Notes under the pieces: generated by a model | What the model was told of the DNA's origin: nothing | Seen by the model: only the letters and a program-made list of their open reading frames with translations | Database searches by the model: none | In this document: piece by piece, positions 12,517 through 26,325 of the stretch | Position numbering within the stretch: position 1 is the first letter of the stretch | How the letters are laid out: each line of letters begins with the position of its first letter | Translations under genes and position numbers: made by a program | Source of the DNA: Octopus vulgaris | Taxonomy: Eukaryota | Assembly: GCA_951406725.2 (NCBI GenBank) | Contig: OX597815.1 | Coordinates: forward strand, 57,412,001-57,476,000 | Direction: 5' to 3' | DNA: 64,000 bases

Positions 12517-13930
12517 GGCGCAGGAGAGGCTTTGTGGTAAGTAGCTTGCTTACCAGCCACATGGTTCTGGGTTCAGTCCCACTGCATGGCACCTTGGGCA
12601 AGTGCCTTCTACTATAGCCTTGGGCCAACCAAAGCCTTGTAAGTGGATTTGGTAGACGGAAACTGAAAGAAGCCCATCGTATGTATATATATACAAACTT
12701 CTGCCACATTCCAGGGAGAAAAACTAGAAATAGTTGATAGCTTCCGTTACCTAGGTGACCAAGTCAGTAGCGGGGGCGGGTGTGCTGGAAGTTTAACTGC
12801 TAGAGTAAGAATAGCTTGGGCAAAGTTCAGAGAGCTCTTACCTCTGCTGGTGACAAAAGGCCTCTCGCTCAGAGTAAAAGGCAGACTGTATGATGCGTGT
12901 ATACGAACAGCCATGCTACATGGCAGTGAAACATGGGCCGTGACTGCTGAGGATATGCGTAAGCTCACAAGAAATGAAGCCAGTATGCTCCAATGGATGT
13001 GTAATGTCAGTGTTCATACTTGAGAGAAAAGTTGGACCTAAGAAGCATCAGTTGTGGTGTGCAAGAGAGACGTTTGCGCTGGTATGGTCATGTGGCGAGA
13101 ATGGATGAAGATAGTTGTGTGAAAAAGTGCCACACCCTGGCGGATGTGGGAACCTGTGGAAGAGGCAGACCCAGGAAAACCTGGGACGAGGTGGTGAAGC
13201 ATGACCTTCGAACACTGAGGAAATGACTAGAGACCGAGACTTTTGGAAGTATGCTGTGCTTGAGAAGACCCGGCAGGACAAGTGAGACCATAACCCGTGG
13301 CCACTTATGCATACCTTTCCTTCTTGGGACACAAAACTCTGCTTGTGAAGACCTGTTGAGGCAAGTGAGAATCAAAATCGATCAACATCAATGGAAATTG
13401 CAGGTGCGATACCAGTGCCGGTGGCACGTAAGAGAACCATCCGATCGTGGCCGTTGCCAGTGCCACCCCAACTGGCCTCGTGCCGGTGGCACATAAATTG
13501 CACCATCCGATCGTGGCTGTTTGCCAGCCTCGTCTGGCCCCTGTGCGGGTGGCACGTAAGAAGCACCCACTACACTCACGGAGTGGTTGGTGTTAGGAAG
13601 GGCATCCAACCATAGAAACATTGCCAGATCAGACTGGGCCTGGTGCAGCCTTCTGGCTTCCCAGACCCCAGTTGAACCGTCCAACCCATGCTAGCATGGA
13701 AAGTGGATGCTAAATGATGATGATGATGATGATGATATATATATATGTGTGTGTGTGTGTATGTTTGTGTGTCTGTTTGTCTCAATCACCATTGCTTGAC
13801 AACTGATGGTGGCGTGTCTAGGTCCCCATAACTTAGAGGTTTGGCAAAAGAGACTGATAGAATAAGTACTAGGCTTACAAAGACTAAGTCCTGTAGTCAA
13901 ATGACTGAAACAAATAAAACAATAAAAGAA
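12517..13930 (+). mobile_element. tRNA-SINE split by an RTE insertion (head 12517-12690, tail ~13745-13930)
   Basis: Head and tail are contiguous in intact copies (50833-51222, 58588-58973). Confidence 0.75.
12709..13735 (+). mobile_element. 5'-truncated RTE LINE (RT C-terminus plus 3' UTR)
   Basis: Colinear with 24531-25790; LRWYGHVARM...GRGRPRKTW; ends in (ATG)n. Confidence 0.9.
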
Positions 13931-14179
13931 TGAAATACAGCCATGGAAATCTTGGGCGTAAGAAATTATTGTAACACTGAATTTCTTTCCCAAATATGGT
14001 TGATAAGAAGAGGAAGAATAGCAGCAGTAGCAACAACAGCAGCATCACCATGCACACCGACAGAAGAATTAAGGAGGGAGCAGAGGAGAACACTAACACC
14101 GCTACTACCATTGTCATCATGAGGACCAACTAGAGTAACAAAAATAAGCAGGAAAGTGAAGAGAAAGAAAAAAGAATTC

Positions 14180-16760
14180 TTTCATGTGAAATACCAGCAG
14201 ATTTCACTACCACTGCCACCAACATATCAAACAAAGAAAGAGAAAAGATTATTAAAGCAACAATGGTCATTTTCTTCTCAGCAAACATAAAGTGGATTTG
14301 CCAAAATGTGCCACAGAACAGAAGAGATGTCAGAAAATGCCTTGGCTAGAGCAAAAATGCATGTAACAAGAATGGCAGGACAGTACACTTGAACACACCA
14401 GAGAAGGTGCAGAAAGAGATATGGCAGAGGACAATAATATACATGCAAGATATAATATACATGCAATAATATACATGAAAATGCAAGATAAAAAGTGCCA
14501 CACAGGCTTAGGTTGAAAAATGCTTGAGACCTGTATGGAACATAAAATGGTATATTGTACATGGTAAAGCCTTGGCACAGTAGCAGTGAGGTTTTCAACC
14601 GAACAACTGGCCAAGAAAATGCCATGACAACTCTGAAGACCAAGGAATTACATATGATTCTCAAGTATCTCAGTCAAAGAGTTTTTAGAGTGAAGGTAGC
14701 AGAGGTGACACCAGAAGTGGACATCTCCTTATTAGCAGTGTTATATACAGCATAGAGGGGAAATGTAAAATTAGTGAAACACAAAAAGGAAAATTGGTGT
14801 AGTGCTGGGATAGAAATCTTATGGCATGCAGATTTCACAACTGCGCAAGAGATTCCAGATCTCAACAAGCTCCCTGGAGGTTCAAAGTTATTTGTAGCAG
14901 TAGAGAGCAAAAGGCTCAGATACCACATTTGTGGTCAAACAAACCACTTAAAGACTTTCTGCCCTAGACAAATAAAATTGTACTGCTGCAGACACGTCCA
15001 GCACCACAGAACAGCAACAACAACAGTACCAGCAGAGGCAGGTGGCCCCTGGAACAACAAAAACAATAGCAACATCAATCACAGTAGCACTGACAGCAGC
15101 AGCAGCAACATCAACAATAACAACAGCAGAATAACTACAGCAAACAAAACAAAAGCACTCAGAGAACACAAACCACCTCCAAGATAATACCAACATCCTC
15201 TCAACGATTAGCCACAGAGGATTTTTAAAATGAGAATATCTGAAATGAACTCAACTGCTCTCACAAACAACAATACTAAAAATGAACCTGACCACTCTCA
15301 AAAATTAAGTAAAAAAAAAAAAAGTAATCCAGAATCTTTGTCTGATACCAGATCGATCCCAAAATCTAATCAGTCCATGCCAGTTGCAAGGCCAAACCTC
15401 CCTGAAAGTTTCATCAGAATCTATCCAGCAGTTCTTGAGATATCTTGTCCACAGACAAACAAACAAACAAACATGAATGAAAACTACCTCTGCCTTAGTG
15501 AAGGCAGAGGTAATAAATAAGTCAACATTTATGCTTTGCACACACAAAACAGCAACAAAAGCAACATCATCAGTATCCCTCAAACCTACAACAACCTTAC
15601 CAACAAAGCACAACCAAAAAGCCCAAGATTTGCCTCAACCCTACCCCTGAACACTCAGGAGGAAAGGCCTAAATGGCAATTAGTCACCAGATTTAATTGA
15701 GAAAAAGGAACAAAAATTCACCAACTAAAACACAAAAATGTGACAGGTATGATGACAATGAGAAGACACAACAAAACAAATACACAGCAACCACTATAGG
15801 CACCCTCAACAACTACAACACCCCATCAGCACTGTCTCCACCACCTCAAGCACAACCTAGTTCACACACAACCCAACACCAGCAACACACAATCATTAAC
15901 TACTCAGTAATAAACAAAAATAATACAGAATTAATGGCACACATATACGACCATTCAAACATCACAAAAACCAATTTCATCACACCATCAAACATCACAC
16001 CACCACACATAAAATTCCTGCTAACATCACAAAACACATGCAACAAAATAAAAACAAAATACCCTGAAGGAGTTAGGGCCTTCAGGAAAGATATCAACAA
16101 AAGACAATGTTCCTGGGGAGACCCTGGGTGTCAACAAGAATGAGTTGGCTGGTCTGTTCCAGAGAACTTTCAGGCAGGTCCTATGGATAATTTCCAGAAA
16201 TCCTTGGCCTGACAGTGCTACTGGGTGGGCATTGACTGCTTGAGATAAACTCTACAAGCAAGGAAGTGCAGTCAGTCAGGCTTGCAGAGTGACAAAAGCT
16301 TTCTGCATGCTCTCGTCCAGTGCCTGAGTATTTCTAACTTGTGGGTTTATGTCAAAGACCTGCTGTTGCATGTAGGACAAATCCAGCTATCGGCTGAGTC
16401 TATTGTGAGGATAGTCCTGTCACTTTCCTTTGGATAGTGAGGGTGGAGAAGGAAGTTCTCCCAGCAATTTTGTTAAAAGGTGGGTGAATGTTGCAAGAAT
16501 GACCTAAGTGAATGGGCTCAGTCTAAGCATACACCTGTAGACAAAGTGGAAAGGGCACTTACACTGATAGTCAGAACTGTTGTGGAATTTTGGGGTTTTC
16601 ATGAGCAGTTTTAAGAGGTCTCCCTCTTTTGAAGAATCTTGTTATACTCAATTGTTGTTTTTGTTTTTCATGTAACCCCACATTATATTTCTCCTAATGC
16701 TTTTTATATGTAAATCCTTAGTGTTTAAGAAAGAAATCATTATCATTATTATTATTATTT
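14180..16760 (+). mobile_element. Degenerate Tx1/L1-like LINE (ORF1 remnant with zinc knuckle; ORF2 3' end)
   Basis: xHICGQTNHLKTFCP knuckle at ~14920; 16100-16740 resembles 30900-31720; (ATT)n tail. Confidence 0.55.
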
Positions 16761-18660
16761 ATGGTTCCCTTTCATTATAACTTTATTTCAGGTGCCTTGG
16801 TACCGGGCATCCTCAGGAGGCCAAGAGTAGCAAGGGCACTTTTGATTTGCTGAGCATAATAAATTATCACCACATTTATTCCATTTTAGATGGAAAGTGC
16901 TTTCTATAGTATATGGACTGTACTCATCAAGGTTATCTTTTATAGTTTATGGAGATTGGAGTTACCAGGGAGTTGCTTAATATACTTCTCATCTCACTTC
17001 TTTATCATTCCCAACACACCAATTACTACTGGTATTATCATAGTACTAAGCTTCAACATTTTTGTGATTTCAATTTGCAGATCTTTATAGTGAGAAAGTA
17101 TTACGTAATCCTTTCTTGAAACATTTTGATCTTGTGAGGCAGATACATCTATTAACAGACAAGTTCCTCTGTTGTAGTCCTTGATCACAATATCTGGTCA
17201 ATTTGAGTCAATGTTTTTTGTCTGTTTGTATTGGGAATTTCCAAAGGATGGTGACGCCCTCACCATTTACTACATCCTCTGGATGGTGCCAGTACCACTT
17301 ATCATGGGATTTAATTTTGTAATATTTACAAGCATTCCAGTGGATATACTGCCCTAGCCTGTCATGTCTTATGAGGTACTCCTTTTCAGCCAGAAACAAC
17401 ATGATCAATTGTCTCTGTGAATTTTCTGCATGAGGTGTCAGATCTATCTTTAAGGACGTTTGCATGGTAGTTCCTTGTAGGTAAGCTCTGATCTTGCACA
17501 GCAATAACAAAACCTTCTGTCTCCCCTTTCAGACCTGTCCTTTGTAGTCATTGGTGTGTTAATTTTTATCAATATCTGGCTTGGACAGGTGGTTGAAGTA
17601 TTTTCCATGCAGGAGTTTACCTTTCCAGTTGTCTTTGGTATTATTTGTGCAAGCCTTCTTTGCTTTTTGTTTGATGTTTTTTTTGCATCAGTGATAGGTT
17701 TGCCATTATTTGGATCTCTTTGGTCTTTCTGATTGTTAATTTCTAAATCAGGAGAAGCAATGGTAGTTCTGTCAATATTTGTGTGTCTTTGGTTTTTCTT
17801 ATTGTTAACTTGTAGGCCAAGGGACTTTTTAAATTTCTGACTAAGCTTCATGACTGAAGCTTGCTTGGAATCTTCATGCTCTGATATAGGTATGGAATTC
17901 AGACTTGATAAATATGCAAAGGCTTATGAGGTGCAGTTTGTAAGAGACCATCACTTGTTGTATTAAGGTACGTTTCAAGGCCTATTATTGCTGATTTGAA
18001 GGATTGTTCAAGCTGTATCAGGCCTCTTCCACTTATATTACTTGGGGGATAAATCCTGTCTACATCTGATTTTGGATGGTGCATTCAGTATCTTGCAAAA
18101 GATTTTATGGATCTTTCCATCCATATTCTGCATGTCACTGAGACTCCACTAAATGATACTGAAGCTATATGTGGTTACTGGTATGGCCAAAGAATTGATT
18201 GCATTAATTCTGTTAGCAGCATTTAATTCTGAGTTTAAAACCATTCTTACCCTTCAGTAACATTCCTTGCAGATTTTCTCTTTCATTTTAGAGTGCTGGA
18301 TACTATCAGCTTCATTGGTTCCCAGATATTTGTATACTTCGGATGGGTCTAGGTTTCGAATAACTGTGGTAGTATCAAGTTCTATGTTTTCTGCCTTTAT
18401 GAACTTCCCTGCCTTGAAAGTAGCCTTTGCATATTTATCAAGTCTGAATTCCATACCTATATCAGAGCTGAATTCTTTGACAATACTCAGGAGCTCTTCT
18501 AATTCTTTATCATTTTTGGCAAACAGTTTTAGATCATCTAATTTTCTGGTCAAAGATCTTATACTCTCTCTTAGCATTATTCACTTGCATGGATAAAGGA
18601 AACAGAGTGAGGCAGAATAGTAATGCTGATAATGAGTCACCTTGAAAGAAATCTAGATGG
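16760..18660 (-). mobile_element. R4/Dong-clade LINE remnant (RT plus restriction-like endonuclease)
   Basis: DDLKLFAKN, YKYLG, HHPKSDVDRIY, RHDRLGQYIHW, CLLIDVS...YKDLQIEI...PVVIGVLG motifs. Confidence 0.8.
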
Positions 18661-19271
18661 TCATGGAAGCATGGTGGAACCATCTAATAATGGCTCCATT
18701 CGTAAGGCTGGAATAATATATATAATGTGTCAGTTGGAAAAAGACAGAGACACAACCAGGTTGAAGGTTTAAGAGAATTTATTGATATGTTAACATGTAT
18801 CTGTGTGTGTATCATGTATACATGACTGGCCATCATGAGAACAAAGTGTATGTGTCTATAGGAATGGATATATGCATGTGCATTAAGTACATACAAAAAT
18901 AACAATGAAGGAGAAAGTGAAAGAGTCTATGATGAGAAGTTAGACAGATGTTCATAGACACAAGAATGAGAAATACCAGTCCATAATCAATTGTGCACGG
19001 TGATTGAAATACTGTATCAAGAAGTTGCAGCAATGATGCAGAGCTGGAGTTGCAGTATGTATCGTATGAAGTGGTGGGAGTAATGCTGCTGCCTGGGTCA
19101 CTTGGTACAGGAGTTCTCACAGGTTGTATATTTGGTCTTAACCATGGTGAAGTAATTCATGAACAGTGCTGTTGTAGTGGATGAGTGTATGTATTAATAA
19201 ATACATAAGTTGTTTTGTGATAATATAGAGATTTATTTCCACTACATCAATTTGTAAGCAATGCTACGCAT

Positions 19272-19458
19272 TGCTTGTACAGAATACATATTAAAGAATG
19301 CTTGTACAGAATACATATTAAAGAATGCTTGTACAGAATACATATTAAAGGATGCTTATACAGAATACATATTAAAGAATGCTTGTACAGAATACATATT
19401 AAAGGATGCTTATACAAAATACACATTAAAGAATGCTTGTACAGAATACATATTAAAG
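19272..19458. repeat. 27-bp minisatellite, ~7 copies
   Basis: Unit tgcttgtacagaatacatattaaagaa; 9-aa periodicity in the ORF track. Confidence 0.9.
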
Positions 19459-21379
19459 AAGAATATGTTTGCGTGTGTGTGTGTGTGTGAGAGTAAATCA
19501 TGCAGGACAGTAACCTTTATGCATATTCTCTCGTCGTTTCCAAAAAGCGTAATGTTTGCTTTGGCGTCGGCTCCGGTTCTCTCTGCATAGCCAATTTTTC
19601 CGTTCTATTTATAAAATCTCAAATAGCCAGAAAAATAGATATATCGCAAGACAGTTACTGTTTAAGTAGGTCATCGTTTGTCCAGTTGAACTTCGCCTGA
19701 CATGGCTCAGGTCGGAGGTCAAAGGGAGACGATCAATCACTTTTTGTCAGAACAAAGGAATCTTAATTTCGCGCCTTTGCATGCATTGGTATTTGACGAC
19801 CGATGATTCTTGGATTCGATTTCGAATCCAAGCTTAGAGAAGGAAGTGCTAACTCTTACACTGTGTTGAAACCTGAGCATATTGCTGTTGGATGGGTGTT
19901 GCCGTTTGGTGTTGATGCTGTAACTGGCTGTGTCTTGTGTGGTCAGTGGCTAGACCTTAAAAGGTCTGGAACCAAAGACTTCGAGATGAGGAATAGCTGG
20001 ATTTTTATCATGAACAGTAGGATTTGAAAAATAGGGCAGATTTTACCCCTTTATTTTGTGGTTTAGGGGGCGGATTTTTGAAAAACAAGCAGGAATTCAC
20101 AGTGGTGTTCAGTGAACAAATTAAACATTACCTGGCAGTGGCTAAAACACAAAACGATCAAGTTTATGTATAAACTTTCTTTTTATGTTTGTTTCACATT
20201 ATGCTTACCAACATGTTTGTTTCTAGATGGCCAATTGTGTTTTTTTTTTTTTGTAGTGGTTCTTGTCATCTCTGCTGCTCTATAGACACAAAAATGTTTT
20301 GTGTAGCCCAACTGTAACCTATGTGGTAGTGATACAACTTTAAGTTCATCACAAATATTACATATGTGGTCCTTATATTTGATGATGAGTCTTAGCAGGA
20401 GTACCATAAGTCTTATTAAGGCCAGTAGCATGTGCTACAGGTATTGAAGGTCTTTCACAAATGTTCTGCAGTAATACAATGAACAGTCTTCATTCTTTTG
20501 GGTGATACCGAAAGCTGATCCTTTCTTATCAGACCACAAATACCATTGCAGAAACAAACGTTTTCCTCCAGTAAAATTATGAAAACTGCAGCTGGTGATG
20601 GTGGAAATAGGAAACTTCCATGTTTGGTTGGACATAATTCCATTCCTGAAATCTGGAACCATGCAACTCTGCCTTTTCTCTTGGTAATTCCAAATCATGC
20701 ACTAAGTCATTTAATATCCACTTGACTTAACAAATGCTGGGTACTAGTTGCATCTGTAACATACATGCCATCTTTTCCTATTTCTATATCACTAGCAAAA
20801 TCTTCAGATTAACTGCTGTCTTTAACAACCACTCTTCTTGACTGTCACATATCATCTGAATTTTTTGGCTGTTATTATGCTCTTGACTCATTGATCTAAG
20901 TGTGGAATAAATTTTATTGATTAAAATCATTAGAATTTCTGTATAGTTAGCATGAAAAATTACTTTAACCTTGAAAAGCAAGTTTCATATTACTGACATT
21001 AAAATGATTAAAACAATTTTACTAAGTGTTTTGCATTTTACACAAAATTTAAATACGATAGTACAGATTTTAAATCAGCATATGGAAATAAGCTAGGAAC
21101 ACCTATTTGGTCTTCTGTAACAAAATCTTTGTTCCCTAGTGTTACCTGTCAATCCAAACAACAATTACAAAGAGTAACTTCACTAAATAATACTGGAAAT
21201 GAAGGAAAACTTTCATAAAGAAGGTTGAATCCAATATTTTACGGCCAGAAAAAAGAACGCAAGAAGTTAGAAAAATTTCCTCTAATGTGCACAATTTGTA
21301 GTGCACATGAATGTTGTACAGCAAAAATTTTGGAGTAGCTTGATAGTAAAATAATCAACATTCTCTATTTGGGTTACTT

Positions 21380-21860
21380 TTGATTTTGTGACCAAAATTA
21401 ACAATATTTCTAAGCAACAAAATAGTCCCAGAAACTGTTTTTTGTTCACCATGGATATTTCTTCACTATATCATAATATTGACCATGATGATGGGGTGGA
21501 AGCATGTGGAAAATGGAAGTTTGTGTTACAAAGTAACTCAATGAAGTTGGGACAAAAATTTTGCCACTAGACAAGGGGTTGTGCCATGGCTGTGAATTTG
21601 AGATTGATACTGAAGACATTTGAATGCCTGCATAGTCATGAACCAATACTCCGCTTATGGTTCATTGATGATACCTTTTTTTTTCTGAAAAGGATCACAA
21701 GATAACTTCTTGCATTTCTTGGAATGCTATGCTAAAAACTAAGGTTTTAAGTCCAACATAAAATTTATGTTGAATTTTTCAAAAACTAGCATTAAGTTTT
21801 GGGATTCAAAAGTTTTCTGAAGGCAGAATAGTAAATAATTTTGCAAGCCCATGTCATCCA
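21380..21860 (+). mobile_element. Penelope-like RT remnant
   Basis: LFTMDISSLYHNIDHDDGVEAC...FVLQSN, then a WFIDD-like motif at ~21658. Confidence 0.6.
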
Positions 21861-22671
21861 ACCTTTACCTCTCCCACCATTCCAATCATCTACAGTCAAA
21901 ATGATTTATATTTATATTAATATAGGGGATTGCTGGAAACGTGCAAATGCTTTTGTACACCACTAAGTCAAATGTGGTTACAGTGAATAATGATAAAAAG
22001 AAATTGCAAATGATATGAAGAGAAATATGTTTGTGAGTTATTAACGTCATGCTTTGGAGGGATGAACAAGATGGCTGGATAATTTCATATTTACACAAAA
22101 CTGTATCTATCTATATATATAAAACTGAGAATGTGTGTCTGTCTGTCTGTCTGTGTGAATCCCTAAAACTTGAGAACTACACAACCAATTTCATTCAAAT
22201 CTTACACATGCCTTACTTAGGGTCCAGGGAGTGTCATGGGCACAAAAATTTCTAACTTCTTGCCTAGTGCGAGCCCACAGCAATACCATATCTTCTCCAC
22301 TATTTCAGTATTACGTGTTAAAAGTGAAACAAAAATATCTCTCTATTGTAGTGTCAGATACTTTCACTTTAATACTGAAACTATTAAAGTGAAACTATTA
22401 TATAAGAGGGATGAACCATTAACAGTGGACATCCATTTTGCTAGAAGATCTGCTATAGTCTTATATGCCACACCACTGGTTTTCAATTCATATTAATCAA
22501 ATTAATATTCAATTTCTCACCCTTATTATTTTAAATTTAAATTTAAACCCAGGACCATGTGTTTTGGAACAAAGTTTGTTACCACACAGCCACACCTGCA
22601 CCTATGTATGTGTGTGTATGTGTGTATAGATATATATGTATACATTTATATGTGTAGATGTATATATATAT

Positions 22672-25600
22672 AGGGCTATTAGACAAAAGAAACAGGCTTG
22701 GAAAGATTGGAAGAACGGTGGTAGCAGGGAAGTGTATCAGACTGCCAGAAGGGAAGCTAGGAGACAGGTCTATCTAGCCAGAGGGGAAGCAGATAAGAAA
22801 AAATTTGCCAATGTTCTGCGCCGTGAGGATGAAAGACTTGAGGTATTTCGTGTTGCAAGACAGTGTGTGAGAGAGAATCGTGACGTGGTAGGAGAGAAAT
22901 GTGTTCGCAAGGATGACGGTTCACTTGCGCTAAATGAGGATGCAAAGAGAGAGGCTTGGAGACGCCACTATGAAAGGTTGCTGAATAAAGAAAATGAATG
23001 GGATAAAGAGAGTCTGCCGAATGTTGACCCAACAGAGGGACCAGCAATCCGAGTTAACAGTTCATCATCATCATCATCATCATCATTTAACGTCCGCTTT
23101 CCATGCTAGCATGGGTTGGACGGTTCAACTGGTGTCTGGGGAGCCCGAAGGCTGCACCAGGCCAGTCAGATCTGGCAGTGTTTCTACAGCTGGATGCCCT
23201 TCGAGAGTGTAGTGGGTGATTTTATGTGCCACCGACACAAGTGCCAGACGAGGCTGGCGAACGGCCATGCTCGGATGGTGTTTTTATGTGCCACTGACAC
23301 AGGTGCCAGACAAGGCTGGCAGACGACCACGCTCGGATGGTGTTTTTATGTGCCACCAACACAGGTGCCAGACGAGGCTGGCGAACGGCCACGCTCGGAT
23401 GGTGTTTTTATGTGCCACCGACACAGGTGCCAGACAAGGCTAGCAGACGACCACGCTCGGATGGTGTTTTTTATGTGCCACCGACAATTGCCTTAGTAGT
23501 TAAGGCAATTACAAGCATGAAAACAGGGAAAGCCCCAGGCCCATCAGGAATTACTGCAGAGATGCTCAAAATATCTGGTAGTGTCGGCTATAGCCTAGTC
23601 ACTCGTATAGTTAACCAGGTGAAACACGAAGGAGTCATACCCAATGACTGGTGTAGCAGCATAATAGTCAACTGCTACAAAGGTAAAGGTGACGCCCTAG
23701 ATACAAATAACTACAGGGGTATCAAGCTGCTGGATCAGGTAATGAAGGTTACGGAGAAGGTTATAGCCCAACTAATTAGAGAGAGAGTTAGCTTAGATGA
23801 GATGGAGTTTGGGTTTGTGCCAGGGAAAAGTACTACTGATGCTATATTCCTGGTAAGACAGCTGCAGGAGAAATACCTAGCCAAAGATAAGCCCCTGTAC
23901 CTGGTTTTTGTTGACATGGAGAAAGCCTTTGACAGGGTCCCCCGATCCCTTATCTGGTGGTCAATGAGGAAACTAGGGATAGATGAATGCTTAGTGAGAG
24001 CTGTGTGAGCCATGTACAGAGACGCTGCTAGTAAGGTGAGGGTTGGCAACGAGTACAGTGAAGAATTCCGGGTAGAGTTTGGGGTCCACCAAGGTTCAGT
24101 CCTCAGTTCACTCCTATTTATCATAGTCCTCCAGGCAATAGTAGAGGAATTCAAGAGAGGATGCCCCTGGGAGCTCCTCTATGCTGATGACCTTGCTCTA
24201 ATTGCTGAGTCACTATCAGATCTGGAGGAGAAGTTTCAGTTGTGGAAACAAGGATTAGAATTGAAGGGCCTTAGAATCAACCTAGCCAAAACCAAAGTCC
24301 TAATAAGTAGGAAGGTGGACCAATCACAAACGACTTCAGGTAGATGGCCCTGCTCGATCTGTAAAAAAGGTGTAGGTAGAAACTCTATAAGGTACACCAA
24401 GTGTAAGCTATGGACACACAAGAGGTGCAGCAATGTCAAAGGAAGGCTAACTAGGAAAATAGTTTTTGCCTGTGGCAGATGCTCAGGAGCAATAAACACT
24501 GGAAATGTGCAGAGACCAACTTCTACCATGTTCCAGGGAGACAAACTAGAAGTAGTTGATAGCTTCCGCTACCTAGGTGACCAAGTCAGTAGTGGGGGTG
24601 GGTGTGCTGAAAGTGTAACTGCTAGAGTAAGAATAGCCTGGGCAAAGTTTAGAGAGCTCTTACCCCTGCTGGTGACAAAAGGCCTCTCACTCAGAGTAAA
24701 AGGCAGACTGTATGATGCATGTGTACGTACAGCCATGCTACATGGTAGTGAAACATGGGCCGTGACTGCTGAGGATATGCGTAAGCTTGCAAGAAATGAA
24801 GCCAGTATGCTCCGATGGATGTGTAATGTCAGTGTTCATAATCGACAGAGTGTAAGTACCTTGAGAGAAAAGTTGAACCTAAGAAGCATCAGCTGTGGTG
24901 TGCAAGAGAGACGTCTGCACTGGTATGGTCATGTGACGAGAATGGCTGAAGATAGTTGTGTGCAAAAGTGCTACACCCTAGCAGTTGAGGGAACCTGTGG
25001 AAGAGGTAGACCCAGGAAAACCTGGGACGAGGTGGTGAAGCACAACCTTCGAACTTTAGGTCTCACCAAGGAAATGACTAGAGACCGAGGCCTATGGAAT
25101 TATGCTGTGCGTGAGAAGACTCGGCAAGACTAGTGAGGCCATAACCCGTGGCCTCTACCTGGTATGTAGCCAGTCGACTTATACATACCTTTCCTTCTTG
25201 GGACACAAAACTCTACTTGTGAAGACCCGTTGAGGCAAGTGAAAATCAAACAATCAAAATCAAAATCAAATCAGATATCAGAAAGCAGAACCAAAATCGG
25301 AGTCGATCAACATCAACGGAAATTGCGGCTGTGATACCAGTGCCGCTGTGATACCAAGCGAACCATCCGATTGTGGCCATTGCCAGTGCCGCCCCGACTG
25401 GCCTCCGTGCCGGTGGCACATAAAAGCTCCATCCGTTCGTGGCCGTTGCCAGCCTCGCCTGGCCCCCGTGCCGGTGGCATGTAAAAAACATATCCGTTCG
25501 TGGCCGTTGCCAGCGCCGCCCCGACTGGCCTCTGTGCCGGTGGCATGTAAAAGCACCATCCGTTCGTGTCTGTTGCCAGCCTCGCCTGGCCCCCGTGCCA

Positions 25601-25792
25601 GTGGCACGTAAAAGCACCATCCGCTCGTGGCCGTTTGCCAGCACCGTCTGGCACCTGTGTGGGTGGCACGTAAAAAGCACCCACTACACTCGTGGAGTGG
25701 TTGGCGTTAGGAAGGGCATCCAGTCGTAGAAACACTGCCAGATCCATGCTAGCATGGAAAACGGACGCTAAATGATGATGATGATGATGATG
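22672..25792 (+). mobile_element. RTE-clade LINE, 5'-truncated, RT nearly intact
   Basis: GKAPGPSG, NYRGIKLL, FVDMEKAFD, GVHQGSVLS, YADD, FRYLG; one in-frame TGA at 24006-24008; interrupted at 23062-23487; 3' UTR array and (ATG)n tail. Confidence 0.93.
23062..23487 (-). mobile_element. RTE 3'-UTR-type element inserted antisense into the RTE ORF
   Basis: (cat)n tail at 23062; the ORF resumes after it (GPAIRVNSS ... LVVKAITSMKTGKAPG). Confidence 0.8.
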
Positions 25793-26269
25793 TACATGTA
25801 ATATGTACACATATATATTCACATATATACATGCATACATAGATACACCCACCCACCCACCCACACACATACATAGGTGCAGGTGTGGCTGTGTGGTAAC
25901 AAACTTCGTTCCAAAACACATGGTCCTGGGTTCAGTCCCACTGTGTGGTGACTTGGCATGTGTCTTCTGCTAATAGCCTCAGACCAACCAAAGACTTGTC
26001 AGTGGATTTTGTAGACAGAAACTGAAAGAAATCAATCGTATATATATATATGTATGTATATATTTAAGTGTATGTGTGTGACTTTGTGTCTGTGTTTCAC
26101 CCTCATCACTGCTTCACAACTGCTGTTCGTTTATTTACATCCCCATAACTTACTGGTTTCACAAGAAGAAACTAATAGAATAAGTACCAGGTTTACCAAC
26201 ATAAAAAAAGCACTACGCTGTGTCTCATATTTTTGTTTGCCCATTCAGTTGTATCTATCAATTTATCTT

Positions 26270-26325
<56 letters not shown>

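Noticed and set aside
19247-19590. Repeat protein (ACTEYILKN)n
   Set aside because: Translation of a 27-bp minisatellite that is open in several frames on both strands.
20098-21141. Possible second CAC-terminated DNA transposon
   Set aside because: Only one plausible terminus and no convincing transposase motif could be read.
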